Below are positions 7,659 through 16,739 of a stretch of 64,000 nucleotides of DNA, piece after piece. This stretch comes from Solirubrobacterales bacterium (GTDB taxonomy: Bacteria; Actinomycetota; Thermoleophilia; Solirubrobacterales; Solirubrobacteraceae), in contig JAPLCJ010000049.1 of assembly GCA_026392255.1 (NCBI GenBank), positions 6,921 through 70,920 on the forward strand. Direction: 5' to 3'. The notes below the pieces were generated by a model that saw only the letters and a list, made by a program, of their open reading frames with translations, was not told the DNA's origin and ran no database searches. A program made the translations under genes and the position numbers. The first letter of the stretch is position 1, and the number at the start of each line of letters is the position of its first letter.

Positions 7659-10412
7659 CTAACCGACGGCCGTTACGACGATCGGCCTAGAAGTAAACGG
7701 AGTGAACGGATAGCTCGACTCGCTCGGGACAACGGCTCGGATGGAGTAGTTAACTCGGCCGACTGCCGTCCTGAACCTATAGCCGACAGACCATCTCCCT
7801 TCTGGATTTGCTCGGGCCACAGCAAAGGTTTGCCAGCCCCGGCGTGGGATAGACGCCTGAAGGAGTACCAACTTCCCCCCAGACGGCAAATGCCCGCCGT
7901 CAAGGCCTCCAGAGAAGACTGCGGTCCTCCCTACTCGGACCGTGCGAGGAGACACTCCTAGGCTTGATCTGGCAGCAACCCTGACGTGGATCAGCGTCGA
8001 AGTCTGAAGATCCCTGCGACTCCCGCTGTAAGTGAGGCGAAGATGCCTAGATGGCCCGTGCGCTAGGTGAAAGCTAAAGCGTCCGCTGCGGTCTGTCACT
8101 CCCGTTGAGAGCGGTTCCCAGCTAGCGCCGGTCAGCCAAAGCTGACTTTCTGCCGTCACAACCGCACCCGCAACCGGGAGATCATCGCGGTCAAGGATGC
8201 GTCCGTTCAGCGTGGACTCTCCAGAATGAGGAATAGTCACCGAAGTCGAAGCTGAGGCGAGGCCGGAGCCAAACTGACCCACGCCAGCTTCAATGCGTGA
8301 GGGTCCACGCAGCGGCAGCGCGACTAGCGCTGGATCACGGGTCACAGTCCTGTCCGTAGTGCTCTTGTTACCCGCAGCGTCAACCGCTGTAGCTTCAAGC
8401 TCCCAGAGCCCAGCGGGGAGCCCACTGTCGTCGATCATCCCCGTAGCTCGGGAACCAACAGTCTCTAGCGAAAGCGGCCTCCACTCGCCGCCGCTGATTG
8501 GCCGCATCCTCACGGTCACCGCCGTGATTCCGGATGTGGCGTCAGTTGCATCAACCCGAACTACACGCGGATCAGAAACATCTTGAGGGAGAAACACAAC
8601 TCGTTCTGGCGGAGTGCGGTCAAGCATGATCTGTCCGAGCACGCGTCCAGAAGTGTTGCCGGCCGCATCCTTGGCTTCCGCTGTCACTTGATGAATCCCA
8701 TCTGTGTCGATCGTAAGTCGAGTCTCTGACCCAGGATCCGACGCTGCTAATTCGCCATCAAGCCACATCCGAACCCCCGCGAGGCTGCCATCGGCACCAC
8801 CCATACCCGACAGCGCTGCCTGGTCCCTGCCACTCGCGGTCACCTCCGTTGGGCTCGATTCCCAGTGACCAGAAGGCCCAGAGAGTGAAGCTGTGGGTGG
8901 TGTTTCGTCAATCCTGATTGGAACGACAGCTGATTGACGGGAACGGACTCCCGAGCCGCTGATGGCTCGTATTGATATTTGGGATATACCCTCCGGCAGG
9001 TCCAGCAGGGCCAATATGCCGTCGCTCATCTGAGCAAAGGTTGGGTCGGAGCCCACGAACCAAGACCACTTTGTAACCCCTGATATCGGCCCGCTCTGAT
9101 CGTCCGGCAAACGAAGGTTAAGCGGAATTAGCCTTGCCCTCTCGCGCGTGATCCACCCCACCGGACCCAAGACTGAAGGTGTTGCAGGAGCCTCATCGTC
9201 AAACCTCAAGTGCGCCGCTGGCCCCTCGTCAAGCGAGGAACTGTTCCCGGCTGCATCTGTGACTGAAATACGGGCTATCCAATCGCCACGCTGAGGCACC
9301 GTCACGACAGCAGTTGCCTTCCTATCGGTGGGCGGGTCGAAATCCTGCGGAGCCAGACAGTTCAGTCCCGAACCGCTGCCAGAGCAAACCTCCAGCCGTG
9401 AATTTTCGATTGGTGCCCTACCAACCTCGTTAGGAATGTCCCAGGAGAGATGGAACACGTTCGATGTGCGCCAACTCTCGCCCCCTTCAACCTCTGGGGC
9501 TGACGAAACGGTAGGAGCGGTGCCGTCAATGCCAACCGTGCGTTCGACCTTGGCCTCGTTACCGGCAGCGTCACGCGCCACCGCACTGAGCTGCATCAGC
9601 CCCTCTCCGCTTCCGGGGCTGGAAACCGAGAATTGGGCTGTCTGGTCGGCGCAAGGCCGTGGCCGAGCGATGTCGCAAGGCTGAGGAGCATCGGAAGCTA
9701 GAACCCCATTACTCAACAACCTCAGATCAGAGACTCCCGATGCGTCCTTCGCGTCAAGGTCAAGGATTGTCCCTGGCTTGACCCACTTGTTCTCCAAGGC
9801 TGGACCGGTAGCGGTCAGCGTCGGAGGGGAGGGATCATTGACTCTGACTCTCAGAAACCAAGTCGCGAACTGAGCATCAGCATTACCACGCGAGTCTCCA
9901 CCGCGACAGCCCGGCCGCGTTACGCACGTCACCCCCATCTCCAACCACTGGGACGGGGCTATCTCCCGGTGCAGAAAACGAGCACCAGTGACCCAGCGAC
10001 GTGAGCACTCAGGGCCAGCAGGCCCACAGCCGAAAACTGAGCCCTGCTGCCCTGCCATGTTGGCTTGCCAACCCGAACCTCGGGTTCGATACTCGCCGGC
10101 CCAGTCAACACCCACAACAGATGTCCCACGTGGGGCATCAAAACGCCAGCCTGAGCCACGGCCGTGAGGGACGGTGAGGCCAAGAGTCGTACTACGCGCA
10201 AAGAGCCCATCTGAGACACCAAGCGCTGGACACCTTTGATGCACCACGAAAAGATCCGGGGCATCTGACCAGCTCGTCCATGACCTGTTCACCCCGCTCG
10301 CTGCGTCACACGCAGCAACTTCGTACGTCTTCCCCACGGCGGACGAGGGGATCGAAGCCAAAGCAATAAACGCGACAAATACTGCGGGCAGAGTTCGGGA
10401 CAAACGAGTCAA
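7659..10412 (-). CDS. Large secreted protein with repeated Ig-like modules and a C-terminal carboxypeptidase-regulatory-like beta-sandwich
   Basis: 917 aa. The signal peptide is MTRLSRTLPAVFVAFIALASIPSSAVG. A D(A/T)AGN strand motif recurs four times (ARDAAGNEA, VTDAAGNSS, AKDAAGNTS, AVDAAGNKS), each followed by ..D.T(A/P)P linkers. The TTG start at 10412 is preceded by AAGGAG at good spacing. Confidence 0.8.
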   Translation of the reverse strand: MTRLSRTLPAVFVAFIALASIPSSAVGKTYEVAACDAASGVNRSWTSWSDAPDLFVVHQRCPALGVSDGLFARSTTLGLTVPHGRGSGWRFDAPRGTSVVGVDWAGEYRTRGSGWQANMAGQQGSVFGCGPAGPECSRRWVTGARFLHREIAPSQWLEMGVTCVTRPGCRGGDSRGNADAQFATWFLRVRVNDPSPPTLTATGPALENKWVKPGTILDLDAKDASGVSDLRLLSNGVLASDAPQPCDIARPRPCADQTAQFSVSSPGSGEGLMQLSAVARDAAGNEAKVERTVGIDGTAPTVSSAPEVEGGESWRTSNVFHLSWDIPNEVGRAPIENSRLEVCSGSGSGLNCLAPQDFDPPTDRKATAVVTVPQRGDWIARISVTDAAGNSSSLDEGPAAHLRFDDEAPATPSVLGPVGWITRERARLIPLNLRLPDDQSGPISGVTKWSWFVGSDPTFAQMSDGILALLDLPEGISQISIRAISGSGVRSRQSAVVPIRIDETPPTASLSGPSGHWESSPTEVTASGRDQAALSGMGGADGSLAGVRMWLDGELAASDPGSETRLTIDTDGIHQVTAEAKDAAGNTSGRVLGQIMLDRTPPERVVFLPQDVSDPRVVRVDATDATSGITAVTVRMRPISGGEWRPLSLETVGSRATGMIDDSGLPAGLWELEATAVDAAGNKSTTDRTVTRDPALVALPLRGPSRIEAGVGQFGSGLASASTSVTIPHSGESTLNGRILDRDDLPVAGAVVTAESQLWLTGASWEPLSTGVTDRSGRFSFHLAHGPSRHLRLTYSGSRRDLQTSTLIHVRVAARSSLGVSPRTVRVGRTAVFSGGLDGGHLPSGGKLVLLQASIPRRGWQTFAVARANPEGRWSVGYRFRTAVGRVNYSIRAVVPSESSYPFTPFTSRPIVVTAVG

Positions 10413-10422
10413 GGGATTCTCC

Positions 10423-11655
10423 TTATGGTCCGAATTCGACGGACGCGCTGTTGGTTGTTTGACGAGAAGGCTGAGTGGCTGGACTAGTCAACGGCCGCCT
10501 AGTGGATCGGCTCACAGGGGCCTTCGGGGCCTCCGCGGCCATCGGCTCAAACTCAGCCGCGGGCGGAGTGACGACGCCACCAGACGGAGGCTGATCTGAG
10601 CTGGGCGTGTTCCCTCCGTCAGTCTCTGCACCTGATCCGCTCCCGACAGCCGAATCTATGACTGGCGCGGCGTGAACAACCCCGGTCGCAGCCGACTTAA
10701 GGGGTGGGTGAGAGACCACAGTGGTGATCGCGGTTCCTCCACCGGCAAGAGCTGCGGCCGAGGCCGCAACGGCTACAACCTTTCCAGTCGATGCAGCCTC
10801 AACCCAGACTTGTGCGCGAGTAGCCGCCGACACTGATCGGTCCCCCGCCCACACCGCGGCTGCGTGGACAGAGCTGTGGACCCGAGAAATACCCTCTCCC
10901 AGTAGCGGCAACACGAGCGCCAGGGTCGCGGGACGGCGCCTTATTTGCTGCGCATCAACGCGGCAAGCCTGACAGCGCCCGAGGTGGGCGCTCACCAGAT
11001 CGGGGGCGAGCCTCGTACCCCTAGGTGCTCCACCGAGAGTCTCGAGCACCTCTCGGCATTGCTCCCCTGATTCGATTGCTGCAACCCGTTGCTGGAACGC
11101 GCGGTTCCCTTCGGTCACAAGCCGGTTCACCTTCGTGTAGCTCCATCCCCTCAGCTGAGCAATCTCGTTGTAGCTCAAGCCCTCGGCCCGCAGCCGTAGC
11201 GCCTCCGCCTCGTGAGTCTTGAGTCGCCCCATTGCCTCCGTGGCAACGCGCAGCCGCTCCATCAGATCGGCTGAATGCTCAACCCGGCCAATGTCAACAA
11301 TTCCCTCAAGCGAATCCTCCGTAGACGCCACCCCCTTGAGTCGCTCGGCCCTAACAGCCATAGCCTCATGCTTGACGACCGTACGAAGCCAGGCATCCGC
11401 AGTTTCAGGGGCTAGTGAGTCGGCCCTGCGAATCAGAATCTCCATCCCCCTCTGGCAAGCATCGAATGCGTCATCGGCGCAAAGGCTGTAACGGCGCGCA
11501 ACCGCAAGCAACCGAGGCATCTCCTCCCCAACTAGCCTTTCAACCAAGTTCTCTTTTCCACGCGCCCCAGATGAGACCGGGCCGCTCCAGCGGCGAGCTC
11601 GCTGCGAAGTTCTTCTTGCCGTACCGCTGGTGGTTCTGGGTTCTTGCTTGGACAT
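10423..11655 (-). CDS. ECF sigma factor fused to a ZAS-type anti-sigma domain, a TM segment and a Pro/Ser/Thr-rich tail (ECF52-like architecture)
   Basis: Region 2 reads ADDAFDACQRGMEILIRR...AWLRTVVKHEAMAVRAER. Region 4 reads EAEALRLRAEGLSYNEIAQLRGWSYTKVNRLVTEGNRAFQ. The H-x3-C-x2-C motif is HLGRCQAC. A hydrophobic stretch reads VVAVAASAAALAGGGTAITTVV. The start is trimmed to the ATG at 11655 (MSKQEPR), preceded by GGGAAGGAGAACAG. Confidence 0.8.
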   Translation of the reverse strand: MSKQEPRTTSGTARRTSQRARRWSGPVSSGARGKENLVERLVGEEMPRLLAVARRYSLCADDAFDACQRGMEILIRRADSLAPETADAWLRTVVKHEAMAVRAERLKGVASTEDSLEGIVDIGRVEHSADLMERLRVATEAMGRLKTHEAEALRLRAEGLSYNEIAQLRGWSYTKVNRLVTEGNRAFQQRVAAIESGEQCREVLETLGGAPRGTRLAPDLVSAHLGRCQACRVDAQQIRRRPATLALVLPLLGEGISRVHSSVHAAAVWAGDRSVSAATRAQVWVEAASTGKVVAVAASAAALAGGGTAITTVVSHPPLKSAATGVVHAAPVIDSAVGSGSGAETDGGNTPSSDQPPSGGVVTPPAAEFEPMAAEAPKAPVSRSTRRPLTSPATQPSRQTTNSASVEFGP

Positions 11656-11877
11656 CTGTTCTCCTTCCCGTACTCGGGTAGGGGTGGTCATCTCTGAGTT
11701 CGCCCCCTTTGGGGCGGAATGAGGCCGGAACTTGACCTTGGGTGGTCGGTCCGGTCTGGCTATGGACATCTGCTCCGGCGGCGCGGGCAGCTATGCAATC
11801 GGTTCTACGCACCGTTGCCGGCGCGAAGCTACAAACCCATCAGCACCAAGAAAGGTGCGGATTACGATCGGGGAATC

Positions 11878-12501
11878 TCAGGGATTTCCGAGTCGCTCAA
11901 TGCCGCCGAGGAAAAGATCGGTCGCGAAGCGAGCCGCCTGTTGGGGAGTGCAGTCGTCTCGCTCGAGCATTCGCAGCCCAAGCTCTAACGCCGCCCCGCT
12001 CATCGCTGCCGCCATCAAGTCTGCGTCCAACTTAGGAATGTCGCCCCGCGCAACTGCGTCACGGAGATCTCGGTCCAGTTCCTCTACGGCCCCCCCTAGT
12101 GCTGGCTCATCCAGGAGTGCGCGCACATCGCCGGCATTGCGGCCAACTAGGCCAAGGAAGGTGGGGTCATTGGCCAGGTAAGTGAAGAAGACAAGGAAGC
12201 CATCTGAAACGAATGTCTCGGGACTTGTCGCGTCAGCGCGAGAGGTGGCGAGCTTGGCGCGCAACTCGGTCGCACTGCTCTCGACAAGGGCCATGAAGAC
12301 AGATTCCTTATCGGGGAAGTAGTTATAGAAGGTGCCCGTGGCGAGACCACTTGCCCGGATCAGGTCACGAACCGTCGCGCCTCCGTATCCCACGGTCGCA
12401 AAGACATCGCGACCAGCGGAGAGGATCAACTCGCGATTACGTTCCTTGGTGGCCTCACGACGGCCGTTGCTCGCCGTGCCGGGGTCCTGCTTGGCCGACA
12501 T
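11878..12501 (-). CDS. TetR/AcrR family transcriptional regulator
   Basis: The N-terminal HTH reads RELILSAGRDVFATVGYGGATVRDLIRASGLATGTFYNYFPDKESVF. Confidence 0.9.
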   Translation of the reverse strand: MSAKQDPGTASNGRREATKERNRELILSAGRDVFATVGYGGATVRDLIRASGLATGTFYNYFPDKESVFMALVESSATELRAKLATSRADATSPETFVSDGFLVFFTYLANDPTFLGLVGRNAGDVRALLDEPALGGAVEELDRDLRDAVARGDIPKLDADLMAAAMSGAALELGLRMLERDDCTPQQAARFATDLFLGGIERLGNP

Positions 12502-13863
12502 CTAGACCCGAGCAGGAAGCTCGGCTTGCGCTTCCACTGGCAAGCTGAAGCCCCGTTGCTTGGCGCGATCGGCCCCAGCGCGAATCTCCTTGTCAAGCGT
12601 GTGGAGGTAATCCTCAAAGTCCACCTGCATTGTGTGGCGCTTGGACTTCACGTAGCGCTTGAACATCTGGTCCCGCTCGGCGGCAATGTCCTTGGCCATC
12701 TCCGCTGCCGATGGAAGCGCGTATTCCCCACGGAGGTAGGACGCAGCCCAACGGCCCTGTGCTTCGGACAGTGGCATGACAGCGCCGAGTGGCTGAAGGA
12801 GGCCGATGAACAGGACGTTAGGGAGACCTGGTTTGAACACTCGCCGGTAGAGGGGAAGGTCATTGTCAGGCGCACAGATGAAGTCTTCGTCGAAGAAAGG
12901 GAATGTCACCTTGTAGCCGGTGCAGTACACGATCATGTCTGCCTCTACCTCAGTGCCGTCCTCAAAGCGGACACGGTCACCCTTGAGCTCGGCAATATTT
13001 GGCTTGGCCTCTACTGAACCGTGTGTGATGCGCGACAGAATGTGGTCGGAGATCGTCGGGTGAGCGTCGCCAATCTTGTGGTCGGGCTTGGGGAGGCCGT
13101 AGTCCTCGACCCGTCCAATTGTGGTTCGCATAATCGTCTGGAACAGCTTCTGCCTCATGCGGTAGGGAACCCGAGGATCGTTCTTGAGGACCTGGTCAAG
13201 CGGCTTCCCGAAGATGTACTTGGGAATGATGTGCGCGCCGCGGCGAGCAGCGAGATAGACCTTGTCAGCTATATAGGAGCCTTCAACCGCGATGTCCATC
13301 GCGCTGTTGCCCATACCGAGCACAACAACCTTCTTTCCGCGCAGGTCATCCGGCTCTGTGTAGGCGTGAGCATGGATCTGCTGACCATCGAACGTGCCAG
13401 GGAAAGCCGGCTCAGGCATGCGAGGGTTCCAATGGTGGCCATTGGCAACTAGGAGCGCGTCGTAGCGCTCAGATGAGCCGTTGCTGTCCGTCAACGTCCA
13501 AACCTGATCATCTCCCAGCTCAGCGCGTCCTACGGCTGTCTCAAAGCGAATGTGCTCGCGCAGGCCAAAGTGGTCGATGTAGTTGTTGAAGTACTCGGCA
13601 ATCTGGCTGTGGTGTGGAAAGTCCGGATACGACTTGAGCATCGGATAGTCGGAGTACTCCATGCGCTCGCGCGAGGTGTTGATGTGAAGCGACTTATACG
13701 CAGCACTCATGCCGTTCTGATTGCCAAAGACCCAATTACCGCCGACTCGGTCTGATGCCTCGTAACACGTCACATCAAAGCCACGTTCGACAAGTGCTTT
13801 GAGAGCCGTGATCCCCGAGGAGCCTGCTCCGATTACCGCGACCTTTGGCAGTTCTGATGGCAT
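12502..13863 (-). CDS. Flavin-containing monooxygenase (FMO type)
   Basis: It has the GxGxxG motif VAVIGAGSSGI, the FMO fingerprint FxGxxxHxxxY (FDGQQIHAHAY) and a second dinucleotide motif VVVLGMGNSAMD. Its stop directly abuts the TetR ATG. Confidence 0.9.
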   Translation of the reverse strand: MPSELPKVAVIGAGSSGITALKALVERGFDVTCYEASDRVGGNWVFGNQNGMSAAYKSLHINTSRERMEYSDYPMLKSYPDFPHHSQIAEYFNNYIDHFGLREHIRFETAVGRAELGDDQVWTLTDSNGSSERYDALLVANGHHWNPRMPEPAFPGTFDGQQIHAHAYTEPDDLRGKKVVVLGMGNSAMDIAVEGSYIADKVYLAARRGAHIIPKYIFGKPLDQVLKNDPRVPYRMRQKLFQTIMRTTIGRVEDYGLPKPDHKIGDAHPTISDHILSRITHGSVEAKPNIAELKGDRVRFEDGTEVEADMIVYCTGYKVTFPFFDEDFICAPDNDLPLYRRVFKPGLPNVLFIGLLQPLGAVMPLSEAQGRWAASYLRGEYALPSAAEMAKDIAAERDQMFKRYVKSKRHTMQVDFEDYLHTLDKEIRAGADRAKQRGFSLPVEAQAELPARV

Positions 13864-13954
13864 TGCTTGGGCTCCCCTGTTTGCTTGTCTTGCGAGGGTA
13901 TCTAAAAGGTGACGCTTCCGTCAAGTTGCTTCGAGCGCGGTCTAGAGAACGACA

Positions 13955-13989
13955 AAGCCCCGGCTGCTCAAATCGAGCAACCGGGGCTT
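13955..13989 (-). terminator. Candidate intrinsic terminator hairpin downstream of the acylase gene
   Basis: AAGCCCCGGCTGCTC-aaatc-GAGCAACCGGGGCTT forms a 15-bp stem with one mismatch. It lies 26 nt past the acylase stop on the minus strand. Only a weak T-rich tract follows. Confidence 0.5.
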
Positions 13990-14014
13990 CTCAATGCCCA
14001 GTAGGGCTCCTCCT

Positions 14015-16645
14015 CTAGCGGTGTCTAGAGAACGAGATCGCCTGCTGGAATGTCGGACGGTTTGTCCAGCGCATCGTGAACTCTTGACCCGTTGCCGGAT
14101 CAGTTGGGTTCAGCGGTGCGAAGTGAATCCGCTGAGCGAGTGGATTATTCCCAGTCGTGGTCAGCCAGGTAGGTGAGACACTCGTGCCTGTGTCAGTGAC
14201 GACCTGTGCGGCTGCTGCCTGAAGGGCAGTCCAGATTGCCGCACGACATGCCGTGCGGCCGGCTGAGCCGGTCGAACCGCGACCACAGTAGTTCATGCTC
14301 GTTGGGCTCTTAAACGTGTCACCAAGGAGCGTTCCGAGGTCCTTCCGGACCATGCCTGTTCCCGCGCCTTGGTTAGTCTTGTCGCCGCGACCAGCCTTGT
14401 TGAGCAGATCATTAGCGAGGCTCTGCGTAAGTCCGCCGCCCATCACTGCATCGACGATCCTAGGCCATGCCGTGCCCCAAGCAACTACGCCTGGGAAATC
14501 GAATTTGCTGTCAAGCGTTGAATCCAAACGACTGGCATCCTGATTGGTGATCCAGTCATCAATCGCATTAACAAGCGCGGTCGTGTCTGCGTTAGGCGAA
14601 ACACCTGTGAGCGTATTGCCGTCGCTCAGAAGCATGCGCTTGACGTTTGGCCAACCGTCTACAGCGCTGACATCCTGCGTGGCCACACGGTTCATCACGC
14701 TGACCACATCATTGAGCTTGAGCGTCTTGCCTGATGGGTGGTTGAGCCTGAAATCACGCTGGAAAAGGCCCATGCGGTGTGAGGAGGCGTAGCCCCACTC
14801 ATCATCGGCAGCACCCCAGCCCTTGGCGGGATGGTTGTTCCAGTTGGTGATGATCGCCGAGGCGTTGTCACCGGCGACGGCCTTGGGGTTACAACCGTGC
14901 GGGTGAGTGTTCTGGCTGATAAAGCCAGTCCAGTCATATGCGCCGGTTCCAAGGGTTGGAAGCGATGAATCCAAGCCTGTCGCCCGGACTGGGAGACGGC
15001 CTGACGAGAAGAAGCAGATGTTCTTGCTATCGACGTAATGCCAATTGAATGTCGTCTCGAACTCGTTGGCAACCTTGAAGAAGCTCGCTGAGCTCGTTAC
15101 CTGGTTGGTTGACAGGTCAGCAAGTGCACGTGCGCTCCATGGCTCACGGCCACGGTTGGCGCGAGCGTTGGCAACTGCGTACGGAGCGCCATCGATCGTG
15201 ACTGTGCCTGAAATCGGTCCGTGGACTGATTCCTTGAAGTAGACCTCGTGCGCTGCGCCGTAACGGCTGCTCGATGCAAGAAGTCCCGCATCAGTAGTCG
15301 TCATTGCCCGGCAGGTGCCGTTGTAGAGGTAGGAGGTCGACGTCCTTGTCGGAGTGCCGCCACCTGGAACGCAGAGCTGTTCAAGGAACTGATCGGTGTT
15401 GTCCGAACTAGCTGAGGTCAGTGACCATGCGTAGTCCTTGCCGCGGCCAATTAGACCGTAAGGAGCAACCGGAGCGACAGCGCCGCGGAAGTCGAAACCA
15501 CCACCGTGAACGTCTACTTCCATCACGATCTCGGGATGGTAGTAACCGAGCTGTGGTCCCATCACTGCCAGCGGATGGCGTGTGGCCGACCGGCTGGATG
15601 GAACAAGCTGAGCATTAGACATGTAGCGCTTGTCTGGGCCCTTGCCCGCTTCCACTGCTGCGCGGCCAACCGTGTCGCTGGCTGAATTGACGTCAATCAC
15701 CTTGGACGCTGGGATTGCTGTCGTCAGAGTGTTGGTTGGCTGGACGTTGTACGGGAAGCTGCTGTCCTTCCAAGACACAGGAGCATCAAGATCATTCGAG
15801 TGACGGAAGTCGCGGAAGATCGCGAGTCCCTTGGCATTGCCGTACTGCGCCTGCAGCTTGGCCAGAAGGTTGGAGTTACCAACCTCATCGCCACCACCGT
15901 TGCCGAAGATCGAACCGATGAATGAGAACGCTGCGAACGCATCGTTCACGGTCCAATCAGCTGGTCCGTCGCTGGTGTGCGACGCGTAATAGGCGTTGAT
16001 CCCCGCTACGTAGGCAACAAAGTCATTGTAGACCTGCATGTTGCCAGCGTTGGCGTTCTTGAAGGTGTTGACCTGAGCGGTCATCCAATCCCTCGTTGCT
16101 TGGCTTGGCGTGAACTTTGTCGTCGACGTGATGAGACCGAAGGCGTTGATGCCGGGAACACTGAGCGCGGAGACATATGAAGGGCCACGGCCGTTGTTGA
16201 TCAGAAGGTTTCGATCCTGACCAGCGAAATATCCAATGGCGAAGGCCGAGTCTGCACGCGTCTTGCCGATGATGTGCGGCACACCGTGAGCGTCGGTCCA
16301 CCAAGTGACACCTGAATGGCCAGCAAGGCCCATGCGCTTGGTCTCGCCCGGGCCTGGAGTGAGCTCGAAAGCCTCAGACTTGAAGTAGTTACCACCCTGG
16401 ACCTGCGAGAGCGAGACATTGCCGCGCAGCGGTGTGAGCGCGTCATACATCTTCCCCTGATCCACATTCAATGCGTCCGGCAGAAGCCCGCCGTGCTCGC
16501 CGGGAGCAAGAACATTCCAGGCGAGACCTGGAGCGGCGTAGTCAGTCTTTGCGGCTGCAGGCGAAGCTGCGAAAGCCGTGAGGGCGAAAGCGCAAACTAC
16601 TGAGCGCAGAACAGTGCGAGTCACGATATGTATCTCCTCTCCCAT
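14015..16645 (-). CDS. Penicillin acylase / N-acyl-homoserine-lactone acylase family (Ntn hydrolase, S45), secreted
   Basis: 876 aa with a signal peptide (VVCAFALTAFAASPAAA). There is an internal ...YMSNAQLVPSS... segment where the beta-subunit N-terminal Ser nucleophile is expected, and the family-typical GPQLGYYHPEI. An alternative GTG start at 16624 lies after GGAGAGGAG. Confidence 0.85.
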   Translation of the reverse strand: MGEEIHIVTRTVLRSVVCAFALTAFAASPAAAKTDYAAPGLAWNVLAPGEHGGLLPDALNVDQGKMYDALTPLRGNVSLSQVQGGNYFKSEAFELTPGPGETKRMGLAGHSGVTWWTDAHGVPHIIGKTRADSAFAIGYFAGQDRNLLINNGRGPSYVSALSVPGINAFGLITSTTKFTPSQATRDWMTAQVNTFKNANAGNMQVYNDFVAYVAGINAYYASHTSDGPADWTVNDAFAAFSFIGSIFGNGGGDEVGNSNLLAKLQAQYGNAKGLAIFRDFRHSNDLDAPVSWKDSSFPYNVQPTNTLTTAIPASKVIDVNSASDTVGRAAVEAGKGPDKRYMSNAQLVPSSRSATRHPLAVMGPQLGYYHPEIVMEVDVHGGGFDFRGAVAPVAPYGLIGRGKDYAWSLTSASSDNTDQFLEQLCVPGGGTPTRTSTSYLYNGTCRAMTTTDAGLLASSSRYGAAHEVYFKESVHGPISGTVTIDGAPYAVANARANRGREPWSARALADLSTNQVTSSASFFKVANEFETTFNWHYVDSKNICFFSSGRLPVRATGLDSSLPTLGTGAYDWTGFISQNTHPHGCNPKAVAGDNASAIITNWNNHPAKGWGAADDEWGYASSHRMGLFQRDFRLNHPSGKTLKLNDVVSVMNRVATQDVSAVDGWPNVKRMLLSDGNTLTGVSPNADTTALVNAIDDWITNQDASRLDSTLDSKFDFPGVVAWGTAWPRIVDAVMGGGLTQSLANDLLNKAGRGDKTNQGAGTGMVRKDLGTLLGDTFKSPTSMNYCGRGSTGSAGRTACRAAIWTALQAAAAQVVTDTGTSVSPTWLTTTGNNPLAQRIHFAPLNPTDPATGQEFTMRWTNRPTFQQAISFSRHR

Positions 16646-16739
16646 GCACAGCCAGTAAAGCTGCGACTACCTAACGCCACAAACATACACCTCCACAGCG
16701 TGAGGTGCGTCACACGGCGCGTACACGCTTGACAGAGTG

